64,000 nucleotides of DNA from Candidatus Atelocyanobacterium thalassae (GCA_051971635.1 JBFPLN010000006.1:1-64000); one strand, 5' to 3'. Counted from the stretch's first letter, positions 31,390-43,100 are shown. Notes: generated by a model from the letters alone, not told the origin. Numbers and translations are program-made.

Positions 31390-32052
31390 TCAATGGTTTT
31401 GAGTTTTCAGTATATTTACACCATGAGAAGTGCCTATACGGGTTACTCCTAATCTAACTAGCTCTAAAGCCTGTTTAAAAGTACGAACACCCCCAGAAGC
31501 TTTTATCCCAATTTTACGATTACAAATTTTATACAAATATTCAATATCAACTTTTGTAATTCCTCCAAACCATCCAGTATTAGTCTCTAAATATTTAGCT
31601 CCTGCATCTACACAAATTTCAACAGCTAATTCTTTTTCTGCATTTGTTAATAAATTACTTTCTAAAACTATTTTGATGGTTTTTTTCGTAGTTTCACATA
31701 TTGATGATATTTCATCATAAATAAACTTCGAATTACCTGCTTTTAATTCTCCGATATTTATCATAACATTTAGTTCTTTAGCACCATTATCCATCGCTTC
31801 TTGCGCTTCATAAAGTTTAACAGATGAAGTAGTAGCCCCTGAAGGAAATCCAATCACTGTACATACAGAAGTATTAGTTCCATGAAGTAAACAGACTGCC
31901 TGGGGAACAAAATGAGGATATACACATACGCTAGGAAATTGAAAATATTGAGCTTCATCGCATAATATTTCTATATCTTTGTAAGTTGAATTAGGATTGA
32001 GTGAGGAATGCTCGATATAGTTAACAATGTCAATATTTGGTTCAGATTTCAT
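31390..32052 (-). CDS. deoC: Deoxyribose-phosphate aldolase homolog with substituted catalytic residues
   Basis: SVCVYP, TVIGFPSG, IKASGGVRT, RIGTS; but ELNVM and YLETNTG replace the usual ELDVV and LKTSTG. Confidence 0.88.
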   Translation of the reverse strand: MKSEPNIDIVNYIEHSSLNPNSTYKDIEILCDEAQYFQFPSVCVYPHFVPQAVCLLHGTNTSVCTVIGFPSGATTSSVKLYEAQEAMDNGAKELNVMINIGELKAGNSKFIYDEISSICETTKKTIKIVLESNLLTNAEKELAVEICVDAGAKYLETNTGWFGGITKVDIEYLYKICNRKIGIKASGGVRTFKQALELVRLGVTRIGTSHGVNILKTQNH

Positions 32053-32414
32053 ATCTTTATTTCTGTAACAATTTACTAGTTTAATTATTTAGATTATGAG
32101 TTAAAAAAGTATTTGCTTAATAAGACGCAAAAATGAAACTTATTACCAAATTAGTTTTTTAGAAAATTTTTATTTACACTAAATTAAATACAATATCTTA
32201 TACTTCAAAATACTAGAAAACTATAGCTAAATATAATTTTCATTAGCGCTTTTACTGATTAGTACTGTTTTTAGATTTTCTGCAGGGATTTCTTAAATTT
32301 TAATAGGTATACTAGAGGTAACACCAAATACGTTGAATTATCTAATCTAGATTAGATACAATCATCATTTTTATGAATTCTAAGATTAATGAAAACTATT
32401 TGTTGCAAATGCTT

Positions 32415-32597
32415 TTATAGAGTATTTAAATACTGAAAATAAGAAAAGTTAAGTTGGTTGCTATTAAATATTAGGCTTATTGGAGCTGGTATCAACATAT
32501 CAGATGTTATAAACGAGCGTGCAATCATTATAACTAAGGAAATAACGAAAATGAGAAGAATTAAGAAAGGAGCTATATATTCTCGAAAAAATTGCAT
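32415..32597 (-). CDS. Small single-helix membrane protein resembling a conserved cyanobacterial family
   Basis: FREYIAPFLILLIF...ARSFITSDMLIPAP pattern. Confidence 0.65.
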   Translation of the reverse strand: MQFFREYIAPFLILLIFVISLVIMIARSFITSDMLIPAPISLIFNSNQLNFSYFQYLNTL

Positions 32598-32767
32598 AAA
32601 AAATTTGAATCTTATTATATTACCAAATTATATCAGATATTTTTTCAACCAATTAAAAAAATATCTGACAACTAGTATTGACTAGTAATAAATGTGATAA
32701 AAATCGTGAGAAATACTATTCTAAGAAATTATTTCTATGCTTGTATTGAAATAAGTACTTATAGCAA

Positions 32768-34081
32768 TCAATTAGTGGTATAACTTGAATCTTTTATGGG
32801 TAACCATACTACGAACTGTGTTCCTTTATTGTTTTGAAAATCAACTGGGCTTAATAGTTCAATAACTCCATTCATTCTGTCAACTAATTCTTTAACAATT
32901 GACAATCCCAAACCATTACCCATAATATTTTCCTGCGTTTCTGCTCCCCTATAATGTCGCTTAAAAATATATGGTTGGTCTTTAGCAGGAATTCCTAAGC
33001 CTGTATCTTGTATACAAATTCCTTGATATTGTTTATTGTCGATAAATTTAAACAAGTCTAATTTAATATCCACTTTTCCAAATGCAGGAGTATATTTAAT
33101 ACTATTATCAATTAAATTACTAATTACTTCTCTTAATCCAAAGATATTAGCTAAAACTGGCTGTAAATACTTAGAAGTCTCTATCTGTATGATTATGTTT
33201 TTATTTTGCGCAATAGGTCTCATAGAAATCAAGATATCTTCTAATATTTCTGATATATAAATTTCATGTAATTCTAAAGATTGTGAAGGTAGTAAAGGAG
33301 ACAATGAATTGTTAGAAGCATTAATAAAGCTAGAGTTTAGAGGAATAGTTTCTAAACCTGCATTTATTGAAATCTGATTAGTTTCAAATTCTTGGATTAA
33401 ATCTTGTAAATGCTCTCCTTCTCTAACTATATTTTTAACTACAGCAAGGCTTTGTTCATCGGATACTAAACGTTTAAGTAATAATTTGCCAAAAATTTTT
33501 AGAGCTGTTAATGGGTTTCTTAGTTGATGGAATAAGTTTTCAAGCCGATCATATTCCTGTTTATGTAATATCTTTTGTTGATGTAACTGTTTCTTAGAAA
33601 ACGCCTGACGTTGATCTAATGAACGTGCTATGGCTAATGTATTCGCTATCTTTTTTATTTGAGTTAATTCATCTTGCTTCCAAGGATAATTAAATCTCCT
33701 TGTAACTAAAACTCCTAGAACAAGTCCTTCGTATACTAAAGGAAATCCTACTTGATAAGGTTCTGATGTAAAAAGGTTACTATTATTTGAAGTGGACAAG
33801 TTTTCAAAAATAGATGATAAAGATCCTTTAAAAATTGGTATGGCAGCAATTTCTTTTTCTTTAATAAAATCAATATGATTAGCAAAAGTTTTTCTAGTTG
33901 TTCCACTGGCTGGATAAACAACTATTGGTATAAGATTTATCTGTTGATTATCTTTTTCTGAAGTCAAATATACAGCACTCCATTCCGCTTGTAGAATTTT
34001 AGCTAAAAGAGTGATTTGTGATTGACACAAAGAAATAAAATCTGAACTCGGATAAGAAATTTTTGCTGTAGCAGAGAACAT
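32768..34081 (-). CDS. hik2: GAF sensor histidine kinase, Hik2/CSK-like
   Basis: N-terminal DFISLCQSQ, GAF, HQLRNPLTA H-box, NLIDNSIKYT, DTGLGI, GNGLGL. Confidence 0.8.
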   Translation of the reverse strand: MFSATAKISYPSSDFISLCQSQITLLAKILQAEWSAVYLTSEKDNQQINLIPIVVYPASGTTRKTFANHIDFIKEKEIAAIPIFKGSLSSIFENLSTSNNSNLFTSEPYQVGFPLVYEGLVLGVLVTRRFNYPWKQDELTQIKKIANTLAIARSLDQRQAFSKKQLHQQKILHKQEYDRLENLFHQLRNPLTALKIFGKLLLKRLVSDEQSLAVVKNIVREGEHLQDLIQEFETNQISINAGLETIPLNSSFINASNNSLSPLLPSQSLELHEIYISEILEDILISMRPIAQNKNIIIQIETSKYLQPVLANIFGLREVISNLIDNSIKYTPAFGKVDIKLDLFKFIDNKQYQGICIQDTGLGIPAKDQPYIFKRHYRGAETQENIMGNGLGLSIVKELVDRMNGVIELLSPVDFQNNKGTQFVVWLPIKDSSYTTN

Positions 34082-34304
34082 ATTTTATTAAGTTTTATCA
34101 AGAAGTAAAAATTTGTAGCCTAAAAATTAAATGAATTTGTTTTTAATTAAAAAAACATTGTTATAGTAATAATCATAATTTGAATTGCAAGAATTTACAA
34201 TTTAAGTAATAAATGCTTGATCTTTTAAAATTAAACAGATATAATTGCTTCGGATTTTGTAGCTATGACTACAGTCTATGTAGTCAAAATAGGAGGTAAA
34301 AGGG

Positions 34305-34625
34305 TTGGCAAGAAAGCGCAAACGTAAAAGTCGCCGTCGCCAAGAGGGTCGAAAAATTCTTGAACTTGTACCCCAATATAATATTGAAAGTGGTGAAGAC
34401 AAGCCAGTAACTGCTGCTAGAAAATACATTCATGGAATAGGGATACAAGCGCCTGCTTTACTAGTTGTTAGGCGTAATGAACATACCACTGATAGGTACT
34501 TTTGGGCGGAAAAAGGTTTATTTGGTGCTCAGTATGTTGAGGAAAATCATTTTTTATTTCCTAGTTTAAAAGAATTTCAGCCACAAATTCAGAAAATGTC
34601 CATGAAAGCTCCAATGGTAGGCTAA
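34305..34625 (+). CDS. DUF3155 family protein
   Basis: MARKRKRKSRRRQEGRKILE, NEHTTDRYFWAEKGLFGAQY; TTG start after AGGAGG. Confidence 0.85.
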   Translation: MARKRKRKSRRRQEGRKILELVPQYNIESGEDKPVTAARKYIHGIGIQAPALLVVRRNEHTTDRYFWAEKGLFGAQYVEENHFLFPSLKEFQPQIQKMSMKAPMVG

Positions 34626-34708
34626 ATACTTATTTAATTTAGTATGAACAACCGTCGCGAAACTTTTTTTTTAACGTACAGAAAAATTTTATTTGTTGAT
34701 TTCCTCTT

Positions 34709-35236
34709 CTAATTACTTAGCTGTAAAGGAAAGGTTTTTTTAAATTTAGCTATTTCATCTCGATGACCAGTTAGGGTAAAACAATTAGATTTTTCTAGTA
34801 TTTTTTCTGCATGAGACTCGAAGTGTATGAATATTTTTTCAAGCTTACATGCTTTTTTCCAATAAAGTAAGCCTGTTATGGGAGATAAAATTACTAAACT
34901 TAGAAATCCAGGAGTTAAAGGCTGATAAAGAAACGATAAGATTAACCCAAAGCATAATAAACCAATCGATGATAAGATGCTTAAAAAGATTGCCAAGAAC
35001 CAACTAGGGCGAACTGTTCCTTCAAAAATAATTTCATCCTCTTTATTAGAAATAATTTGATAGGACCGATTTTCGAAATAAGATTTAATTTGCTCTATTA
35101 ATGATATTTTAGAACTCTGCGAAATAAATCTTTCTTTCTCTGTCCGGTCTTTTACCGAGGCACGAATAAAGAAGAACAATCCCACAGTTAGCAGAAGCGT
35201 TAGAAAAAAAGTTGAAATTAAAGTAAGGTTGCTCAC
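34709..35236 (-). CDS. Cytochrome b6 heme ci assembly factor CCB1-like (DUF3529)
   Basis: GLFFFIRASVKDRT, FEGTVRPS, YWKKA, GHRDE. Confidence 0.82.
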   Translation of the reverse strand: MSNLTLISTFFLTLLLTVGLFFFIRASVKDRTEKERFISQSSKISLIEQIKSYFENRSYQIISNKEDEIIFEGTVRPSWFLAIFLSILSSIGLLCFGLILSFLYQPLTPGFLSLVILSPITGLLYWKKACKLEKIFIHFESHAEKILEKSNCFTLTGHRDEIAKFKKTFPLQLSN

Positions 35237-35760
35237 AAGAATTAAGATGATAGTAACTAAATACTAAACTAGAATAGTTATGTTTTGACTGATTGTAACT
35301 TATAAATATATAAACAAATAGTTTTTAGCTTTGCTTATTTAAATAGCTATCCAAGATAGAGATAAATTGTCTAAGTAATTAAGTAAAGTTATTTAAGGTC
35401 TTAAAACAAAAATTTGTTTATTTAAGAGTATTTTCTCTCATTATAACTTTCAAAAAATATAATAAACGCCCTCTTAAAGTATAGATTTTTTGAATTATCT
35501 AAATTTTTCCAAAAATACTTACGACCGTATTGCAATGAAATTTAATCATAGGTATGCTTTCAGATTTTATCTGGAAAAAGTTGTTTGTGGTTTTTGTTAC
35601 TTAATATTAAGGGAAAAAGTGATGACCATAAGTAGAAATTCATGAGTTGTTTTAACTACTAATATATATATATCTTTAAAAAGATATCTCCAAACTTATT
35701 GAAAATCAAAATATTTCTTAAAGTCCGAGAATTTTTTGTTATTAACATGTTCATGTTGAT

Positions 35761-36003
35761 TTATTCCTCATTTATTCCAATTTGGATAGAATTAAATATG
35801 GAGTTATTAAGTTTGAGTAATATAATTAAGCTTAATACATGGATAAGCCAGTGTGAAATCACTAGGCTCCAAGTAATAGAAACTAAGGCACTTGCAAATG
35901 CGAGGACTCCAAAAATATCATTGTTAGTACGTTGGTACCGTAAGATGCTTCCTATTGAAATTATAAAAAACAGAAGTGGAAAAACATAAAATATCATAGA
36001 CAA
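35761..36003 (-). CDS. Small hydrophobic hypothetical membrane protein
   Basis: 80 aa with 2-3 hydrophobic helices (SITWSLVISHWLIHVLSL); GGAAGG upstream. Confidence 0.55.
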   Translation of the reverse strand: MSMIFYVFPLLFFIISIGSILRYQRTNNDIFGVLAFASALVSITWSLVISHWLIHVLSLIILLKLNNSIFNSIQIGINEE

Positions 36004-36598
36004 TTACCTTCCAATCTCTTAAATAGTTCAACATCTATAAGAAATAGTTTTTTCTAGTTTAGATGTTAGAGCATACTTTACTTATGCTTTAACAATAGCA
36101 TTATCTTGCATGAGATTCTAGTAATATAAACTATTTAATTGAGATGTCGTAAAAAATCTTCGTATAAACTTAGATCTAAACAGGTTATATTAATTTACGA
36201 TAACTTTTGAAATATAATTCAATCAAGAAACTGTTTAATTTATATTTCTTTATAGACAAATAGTTATTAAGATTGCTTGATAAAATAGTTTTTATTATTT
36301 GGTTATATCAAAAAAAGTAAAATTTACTACCAATTTTTAAAATTATTGATACTTACAAAAATTATTAAAACAATCATTTGGTTTCTATTAAAGAGGAACT
36401 AACAATGGAAATTATTAGTCTAGTCAAAAGCGTCTATATATTCATTTTTTAAAATTAATTTCACTAGGTCAAGACTACAAAAATTTCAGAAAAATCTGAT
36501 ATAGTGCGCAAGTTATCTTAGGATTCTTTAATAAAAGCTATTGAGTATTTTATCAAGTAATTGAAATACATAAATTTATAAAACATGAGGATATTTTT

Positions 36599-37351
36599 AT
36601 GAAATCATTAGTTCGCTGGGGAACAACTATGAGTTTGATAGCAAGCACTTTATTAACATCTTGGCTAGGGAAAGTGCCCAAAGTATTAGCTTTACCTGAA
36701 GCTGATATCATTAAACTATTACAAGCAGTTCCTGTTTTTACTATTACTACAGAAGAAGGAGGACCTCTTGTTGCAACTGTGGAAAATAATCAAAAAGTAA
36801 CACAAGTTTTTATGAGTTTACAAGATGCTGATGGCTTTTTAGATAAGCTTCGTCAACATCAGCCAGACGTGGGAAATAAAGTAAAAGTACAACCTGTTTC
36901 CTTAGGAGAAATATATCGTTTTGCCTTAGCTAATAACAATGATACAAAGAAAGAATCTCTTCAATTCATTTATGTTCCTATGAAAAGTGCAGTAAATTCT
37001 GCGAAAAAACTTTTAGATACTAGAGGCCAAGAATATAAAGGTGGAGTTCCTCTATTTATTCTGAGAGGTGGTCCTGAAAATAGTATGTTAACTATTCAAC
37101 AAAACGAACAAGAAGTCATTCCTCTTTTCTTTGAAGAAGCTCCTATCCAAGCTATTACGGAAAAAATGAAAATAGATCAGCCTAACATTGCTCAAACAAT
37201 AAAAATTGAAGTAGTCCCCTTAGAGAATGTAATTGGATTATTACAATCTAAAGATGATGAGGCATTAAAACAAATACAATTAGTTCCATCTCAAGAAACT
37301 ATTCAGTTTATTCAGAATAAAATTAAATTACAACAAGCTCAGGAAAGCTAA
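36599..37351 (+). CDS. tic22: Tic22 family periplasmic chaperone
   Basis: Signal peptide ending VLA|LPE, VPVFTIT..GGPL, VSLGEIY, GVPLF, VIPLFF. Confidence 0.88.
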   Translation: MKSLVRWGTTMSLIASTLLTSWLGKVPKVLALPEADIIKLLQAVPVFTITTEEGGPLVATVENNQKVTQVFMSLQDADGFLDKLRQHQPDVGNKVKVQPVSLGEIYRFALANNNDTKKESLQFIYVPMKSAVNSAKKLLDTRGQEYKGGVPLFILRGGPENSMLTIQQNEQEVIPLFFEEAPIQAITEKMKIDQPNIAQTIKIEVVPLENVIGLLQSKDDEALKQIQLVPSQETIQFIQNKIKLQQAQES

Positions 37352-37372
37352 GATATCTAGTTACTGACTGTC

Positions 37373-37412
37373 GACATTCGAGATCTTTTAAAATTTAGAA
37401 ATCTTGAATGTC
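37373..37412 (+). terminator. Hairpin downstream of tic22
   Basis: GACATTCGAGAT...ATCTTGAATGTC (one G:U pair). Confidence 0.55.
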
Positions 37413-37901
37413 AATATACAATAGATTATATTTGTTATTTAGTTATTTATACGAATATGGAGCAAATAGTAGTTTGCTAACATACGCGCAACATAATACA
37501 TAGAGCTAAAAAGAGTAAAAAATCATAATGTTAGAAGCTAGATTTTCTAGTATGAGGATGTTTCTGATGTTTTTAAAGAATTAAATAAACTTGACTGAAT
37601 TTCAAATAGAATTGAAATAAAAGTATTTTCATGTAAAAATTACCATAATTACTAATATGTTTTCTCTGTCTTAAAATTTAGAAAATATAAATACTTAAAG
37701 CTAACTTTGACTGATACTGAAAAAGTAATGGTTAATTATTAACTTAGTTTCTAAGAATATGAAAAAAGACTTAAAATATTTAAGAACTTTCTATTAATTT
37801 CTTTAGACTAAAGAGATAAAAAGTAATATTAATAACTAATTAGCTATTTATACTTATAGTCACTGATTAAATTTACAATATTTATATTCTAAAAAATAAT
37901 T

Positions 37902-39971
37902 ATGGGAAAATTTGGAACGAAAGAATTAATAAATAGACAGTTACTGTACCTGAAGAAAAATAATAAACTGAAGCTTTTAGGACATATTCTTACCTCACTA
38001 TCCTTAAGTGCAATCTCTTTAAACACTATTCTTCCAGTATATGCACGTATATCTGAAGAATTAATTAGCTGTGACATATTGGTTGTAGGCGCTGGATTGT
38101 CAGGATCTGCTGCTGCTTATGAAGGTTTACTGGCTGGAAAGACTGTTTGTTTAACTGAATTGACTGATTGGGTAGGAGGACAAATCTCTTCACAAGGTAA
38201 TTCAGCTTTTGATGAAGGAAAACAACAGAGATCATTGCAACACTTTCCTCGAGGATATAATATTTTGCGAAATAATATTGCTCGTTTCTATAATCGACAA
38301 AACCCTGGAGAATGTTGGGTTAGCGAGAGCTGCTTTCTACCATCTCATGGTCATCAGTTACTATATAAACAATTACAGAAAGCTCAAAAAGTTGGTAATG
38401 GAACTTTGAAGTGGTTTCCTTCAACTGTTATTAAGGAAATAAAACTGAGTGAAGATAACAAATTAATAAAAAGCGCTGTTGCTATTCAACATAGTCCTAC
38501 TAATCCTAGTATTCACCTTTATGAAAAGCCTCTTTCTCAAATTATCCAAGATGCTTATAGTTATAAAGATTCCAAACGTTTAAAAAAAAGAATTATTCGC
38601 TTTCAAGCAAAATCTCAAGAAGAAAACTCTGCCAATTGGTTTGTAATAGAAGCAACTGAAACAGGAGAGTTAATTGCTTTAGCGGACATTCCATATCATC
38701 TAGGATTAGATCCTCTAGATCATCATAACCCATCATCTCCAACAAAAAATGGAGATCCTTATTGTGTACAAGGTTTTACTTATCCTTTTGCAATGGAAAG
38801 AATGGCTAGTCCTCAGGCTCAGAATAAACCATTGTTCTATGATAAATACAAACCCTATTATGGATATGATAATGACCGTAGATTAGCCCATTTTGACTTA
38901 GTGTTTACCTATCGAAGAATTTGGAGTCCTCGTAAAGGAAGATTAGTAAAAACTGGACCTCTTAAAGTTAATGAGTCTAGCCCTGGAGATATCTCTATGC
39001 AAAATTGGCTCTGGGGGAATGATTATCGTCCAGGAACATCCCAAGATAACCTTGTATACACTCGTGAACAGTTAAAAGAAAATGGGCAATTAGAAAAGGG
39101 TAAATGGGAGGGAGGCTTACGTACAGAAACTTTAAGAAAAGGAGAAGAATTATCTTTAGGATTTTATTACTGGCTAGTAGCAGGAAATACTGATTCTCGT
39201 TTAGGTAATAATGTTAAAAAACCATCTCCTAATCATCAGCTATTGAGTGGTCATAGCTCTCCTATGGGAACTATGCACGGACTATCTAAATATCCTTATA
39301 TTAGAGAAGGAAGACGCATTATCGGAAGACCATCTTATGATCATCCAAACGGATTTTCTGTAAATGAAATCGATATTTCGACTAAAGATTATTGGAATAA
39401 TTTTTATCGTACTTCTTTACCTCGACCAATGTACCAAAGAGTATGGTCAACTATTGCTAATTTAGAATCAAGAATAATGACACTGAGTAACCGTCCTTCG
39501 TATTTAGTTACTAGGCGCACCCATGCAACAATATATCCAGATTCTGTTGGTGTTACTCAATATATGATTGATTTTCATCCATGTATGGCTTTATCTCCTC
39601 CAGAAAAGCCTGGAAACCTTGAAAGAAGGGAGGTTCGTGTAGCTCATGGCTCAGCACATCCAGCACAAATTCCTTTAAGATCCATGATTCCTCAAAAAAT
39701 AGATAACTTAATTGTTTCTGGGAAAAATATAGCTACTAGTCATATTGCAGCAGCAGCTTATAGGGTACATGGATTTGAGTGGTCAGTAGGAGCAGCAGCT
39801 GGTACATTAGCTAGTTTTTCCTTAGAAAAGGGTATCCTACCTTATGAGTTGATAGATAATTTACCCAAACAAGAATCTGAATTACAGGAATTTCGTCAAA
39901 GATTAGAAAACAATGGTAATCCTACTACTTTTCCTCAAGCTATGATGTTTAGTTATTTGCAAAGCAATTAA
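37902..39971 (+). CDS. FAD-dependent oxidoreductase of unknown substrate
   Basis: VVGAGLSG dinucleotide fold, TDWVGGQISSQG, YPYIREGRRI, AAAAYRVH. Confidence 0.85.
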   Translation: MGKFGTKELINRQLLYLKKNNKLKLLGHILTSLSLSAISLNTILPVYARISEELISCDILVVGAGLSGSAAAYEGLLAGKTVCLTELTDWVGGQISSQGNSAFDEGKQQRSLQHFPRGYNILRNNIARFYNRQNPGECWVSESCFLPSHGHQLLYKQLQKAQKVGNGTLKWFPSTVIKEIKLSEDNKLIKSAVAIQHSPTNPSIHLYEKPLSQIIQDAYSYKDSKRLKKRIIRFQAKSQEENSANWFVIEATETGELIALADIPYHLGLDPLDHHNPSSPTKNGDPYCVQGFTYPFAMERMASPQAQNKPLFYDKYKPYYGYDNDRRLAHFDLVFTYRRIWSPRKGRLVKTGPLKVNESSPGDISMQNWLWGNDYRPGTSQDNLVYTREQLKENGQLEKGKWEGGLRTETLRKGEELSLGFYYWLVAGNTDSRLGNNVKKPSPNHQLLSGHSSPMGTMHGLSKYPYIREGRRIIGRPSYDHPNGFSVNEIDISTKDYWNNFYRTSLPRPMYQRVWSTIANLESRIMTLSNRPSYLVTRRTHATIYPDSVGVTQYMIDFHPCMALSPPEKPGNLERREVRVAHGSAHPAQIPLRSMIPQKIDNLIVSGKNIATSHIAAAAYRVHGFEWSVGAAAGTLASFSLEKGILPYELIDNLPKQESELQEFRQRLENNGNPTTFPQAMMFSYLQSN

Positions 39972-40127
39972 CCTAGATAGTTCTCGTTAAGATCTTTTAA
40001 AAGATAATTTCAGACCTAAACATAAGATTTGGAGTTAATATGTTTAAATCTGAGATTATTTTTAATATAAATAAATTAAGTATACTTTGCTTCTTATTTA
40101 TTCTAAAAAAGAAGCAAAGCAATATAT

Positions 40128-43100
40128 CTATAGCTTAATTCCTAAAACTTGAGTATGAGCTCCTCTCGCTTGCGTAACACCAATAGTTCTTTGAGATGCT
40201 TCAATCATTGGACGGCGTAAACTTACAACAATAAATTGAGCTTTCTGTGCTTGTTTATGTATCATTTGAGATAATCTTTCAACATTTGCCCCATCTAAAA
40301 ACATATCAACTTCATCAAAAGCATAAAATGGTGATGGACGATATTGTTGTAAAGAAAAAATAAAACTTAATGCTGTTAATGATTTTTCTCCTCCTGACAT
40401 TGAACTTAAACGTTGTACAGGCTTGCCTTTTGGGTGCGCAACAAGGTTTAGACCACCTTTAAATGGATCTTCTTCATCATCTAATTGTAAATGTCCATCA
40501 CCCTGTGATAAGGTGGCAAAAATTTTCTTGAAATTATCATTAACTGTATCAAAAGATTCTTTGAATGAACGTAACCTTAAAGTCGTAAAGTTCTCAATTC
40601 TTAATAGTAATTCTGTTCTTTCCTCTTCAATGATAACTAGTTTATTTGTAAGTTCATTAAGTCTTTCTTGAACTTTTGCATACTCTTCTAGCGCAAGCAT
40701 ATTTACAGGTTCCATTGACTCTAAATATTTTTGTTTTTTATATATTTCTTTCTGTAATTTTTCAGTATGAGACAATAAATCATCCAAGCTTTCATTTAGT
40801 TCAGACAACCAAGATACTTCTGGCAGTGGATCTGGTAGATTTGATTTAACTATTTCTTCCTCTTTTTCAAGAATAGATAATGTTTTTTGTCTTTCCTTTT
40901 GTTTAGTTTGTAATTTCTCTAGTGTCCATATGTTAGACTGATACTCTTTTTCAAGAATTTTACACTTTTCCTCTAAACAGTCACGTTTTGTTTTGGTATC
41001 ATGTAGCGTCCGATTTAATTGTTCTAATGAAACTTCTAAGCTTTCAATCTCAATCGAAAGCTTATGAATTTTGTCTTTAATATCTATTTGTTGATTCTCT
41101 ATATCTAAAATATGTTGCTGATTCAATTTCACTTTTAATTCATCTTCATGAATTTTGTGCTTCATACTAGTTATCTGATTCCTAATTTCCTGAAACTTTT
41201 CTTTGCCTCTGCTTAACTCTACTTCTCGGTCTTGTAAATGATTTTCTTGATCTTTTATTAAAACTTGAATTTCTTGCCATTCGCTATGGGAGTGAGTTTT
41301 TTCTATATTTTTAATTTGTTTTTGTTTCTCTGATAACTCTTCTTCCAGTAAGAAACTTGTGTTCTTGATATCTGTTAGCTCATTTTCTAAATTTTTTTCT
41401 TCTTCTTTATGGTTAGATATTTTAAATTCTAAATCTTTTCTATATTTTTTAAGTTTCTCTATTTCTTTTATAACTTGTTGGTGCTTTAACTGTTGTTCTC
41501 TTTCTAGCTGCTGCGCTTTTATCAATTTGTCAGATAAATATTTAATTTTTTTTGCCCCAATTTGTATGTTTTCCTCGTTTTTAAATACAAGGTTTTCTAT
41601 GTCTATTAGTCTTTGCTTGAATATTTTTATTTCCTCTGGTTCTCCTTGGTTTAAAATTCCAAAACGTATCGAGGATCTTTGAGGTTTACTCCCACCTGTC
41701 ATAGCTCCACTAGCCTCTAACAAATCTCCATCTAAAGTAACAATACGCTGTTTACCTAAACATTTCTTGGCATAGTCTATAGTTTCGAAAACAGCTGTAT
41801 TATTAAAAATATATGAAAAAACTTTTTCATATTCTGGATTACATATTACTAGCTCAACTGCTAATCCAATAAAACCAGGAGTATTCTTTAGGTTATGATT
41901 ACCTTGTTGGGAATAAGATCTAATTTTGGTTAACGGTAAGAAAGTCGCTCTCCCAGCTTTTGCTTTTTTTAATATATTAATTCCAGCAATAGCAATAGTG
42001 TCATTTTCAACTACAACATGCCCTAAACGTGAACCTGCTGCAATTTCTAATGCTAATTGGTAACGTGTATCAACTTGTCCTAATTCGGCTACTAGACCAC
42101 ATACGCCAGATAAATCTGAATTTAAAATAAATTTGGAAGCATAAGTTCCTTGAATTTCTTGCTTTGCTTGCCTAGATGCCTCTAAACGATCTACTTGTCT
42201 TTGTTTTTCTCTATACTCTTTATTTAACCGCAACTGAGTCTCTTCTTTAATGTTGTGATCCCGTTTTTCTATATCTAATATTTTAATAATATTTTGCGTT
42301 TCTTCTGTATCAGAACTTGATAGTTTTTCTAACTCCTTATGTTGGAGATATATTTCTTCTTCGGATTCTTTTAATTGTTCCTCTTCTTTCTCTAAGTTAT
42401 TTAATATCTGCTGATAACGCTCAGTTAGCTTAGCTTTTTGTGCTAATTGAGGATTTAGTTTATTTTGTAAGGAAGCGATTTTTATATTCAGATTTCCTTG
42501 TTCTTTTATCCAAGAATCAGATGTTTCTGCAATTATTGAGGCTTGCTTTCTTACCTTCTGTAGAGTGTTGTAACTTCTTGATTTTTGTTCCTTAAGCAAA
42601 GGCAAAAGATCTTGTTGTAATTTATTGCTGTTTTGGTTAAGTACAGCTAGCTCCCTTTCTCTTTGAAGAATAATTTTTGCTATTTCTTTTTCTTCTAGCC
42701 TGATTGTCTCAATTGTACAAAAAGACTCTTTTTTTTGCTTTTGTAACTGATAAAGCTGTGCTTTATATGTAGCAAGATTAGACGCAATAATTAATCGTTC
42801 ATCTTCTCCCAAAGCTTTAACTTGAAAATTCAAGCTTTTAAGATCAACATTTATTTTACCCAATCTAGTTTTCAAATCTAAGTTAATTTCAGTCAGATTT
42901 TTCTCTGATTCTTCGTCGTTTAACTTTTGTATTTTAAGATTAGAAATTTTCTTTAACAAAGATTTCCACAATAAAATCGCTTCCCATTCTTTTCTTTTAG
43001 AAATTTCTTGTTTAAGTTTTTGATATTTCTCAGCTTTTATTCTGTCAGCTGCTAAACGTTCTAATGATTTTTCTAATTCGACTTGTATAATCTTACAGCG

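Noticed and set aside
35699..35989. 96-aa plus-strand ORF
   Set aside because: Overlaps antisense to the more plausible membrane protein at 35761-36003; TTG start with no RBS or motif
36317..36330. NtcA-like GTA-N8-TAC upstream of tic22
   Set aside because: No properly spaced -10 element, and such matches are expected by chance many times in 64 kb of AT-rich DNA
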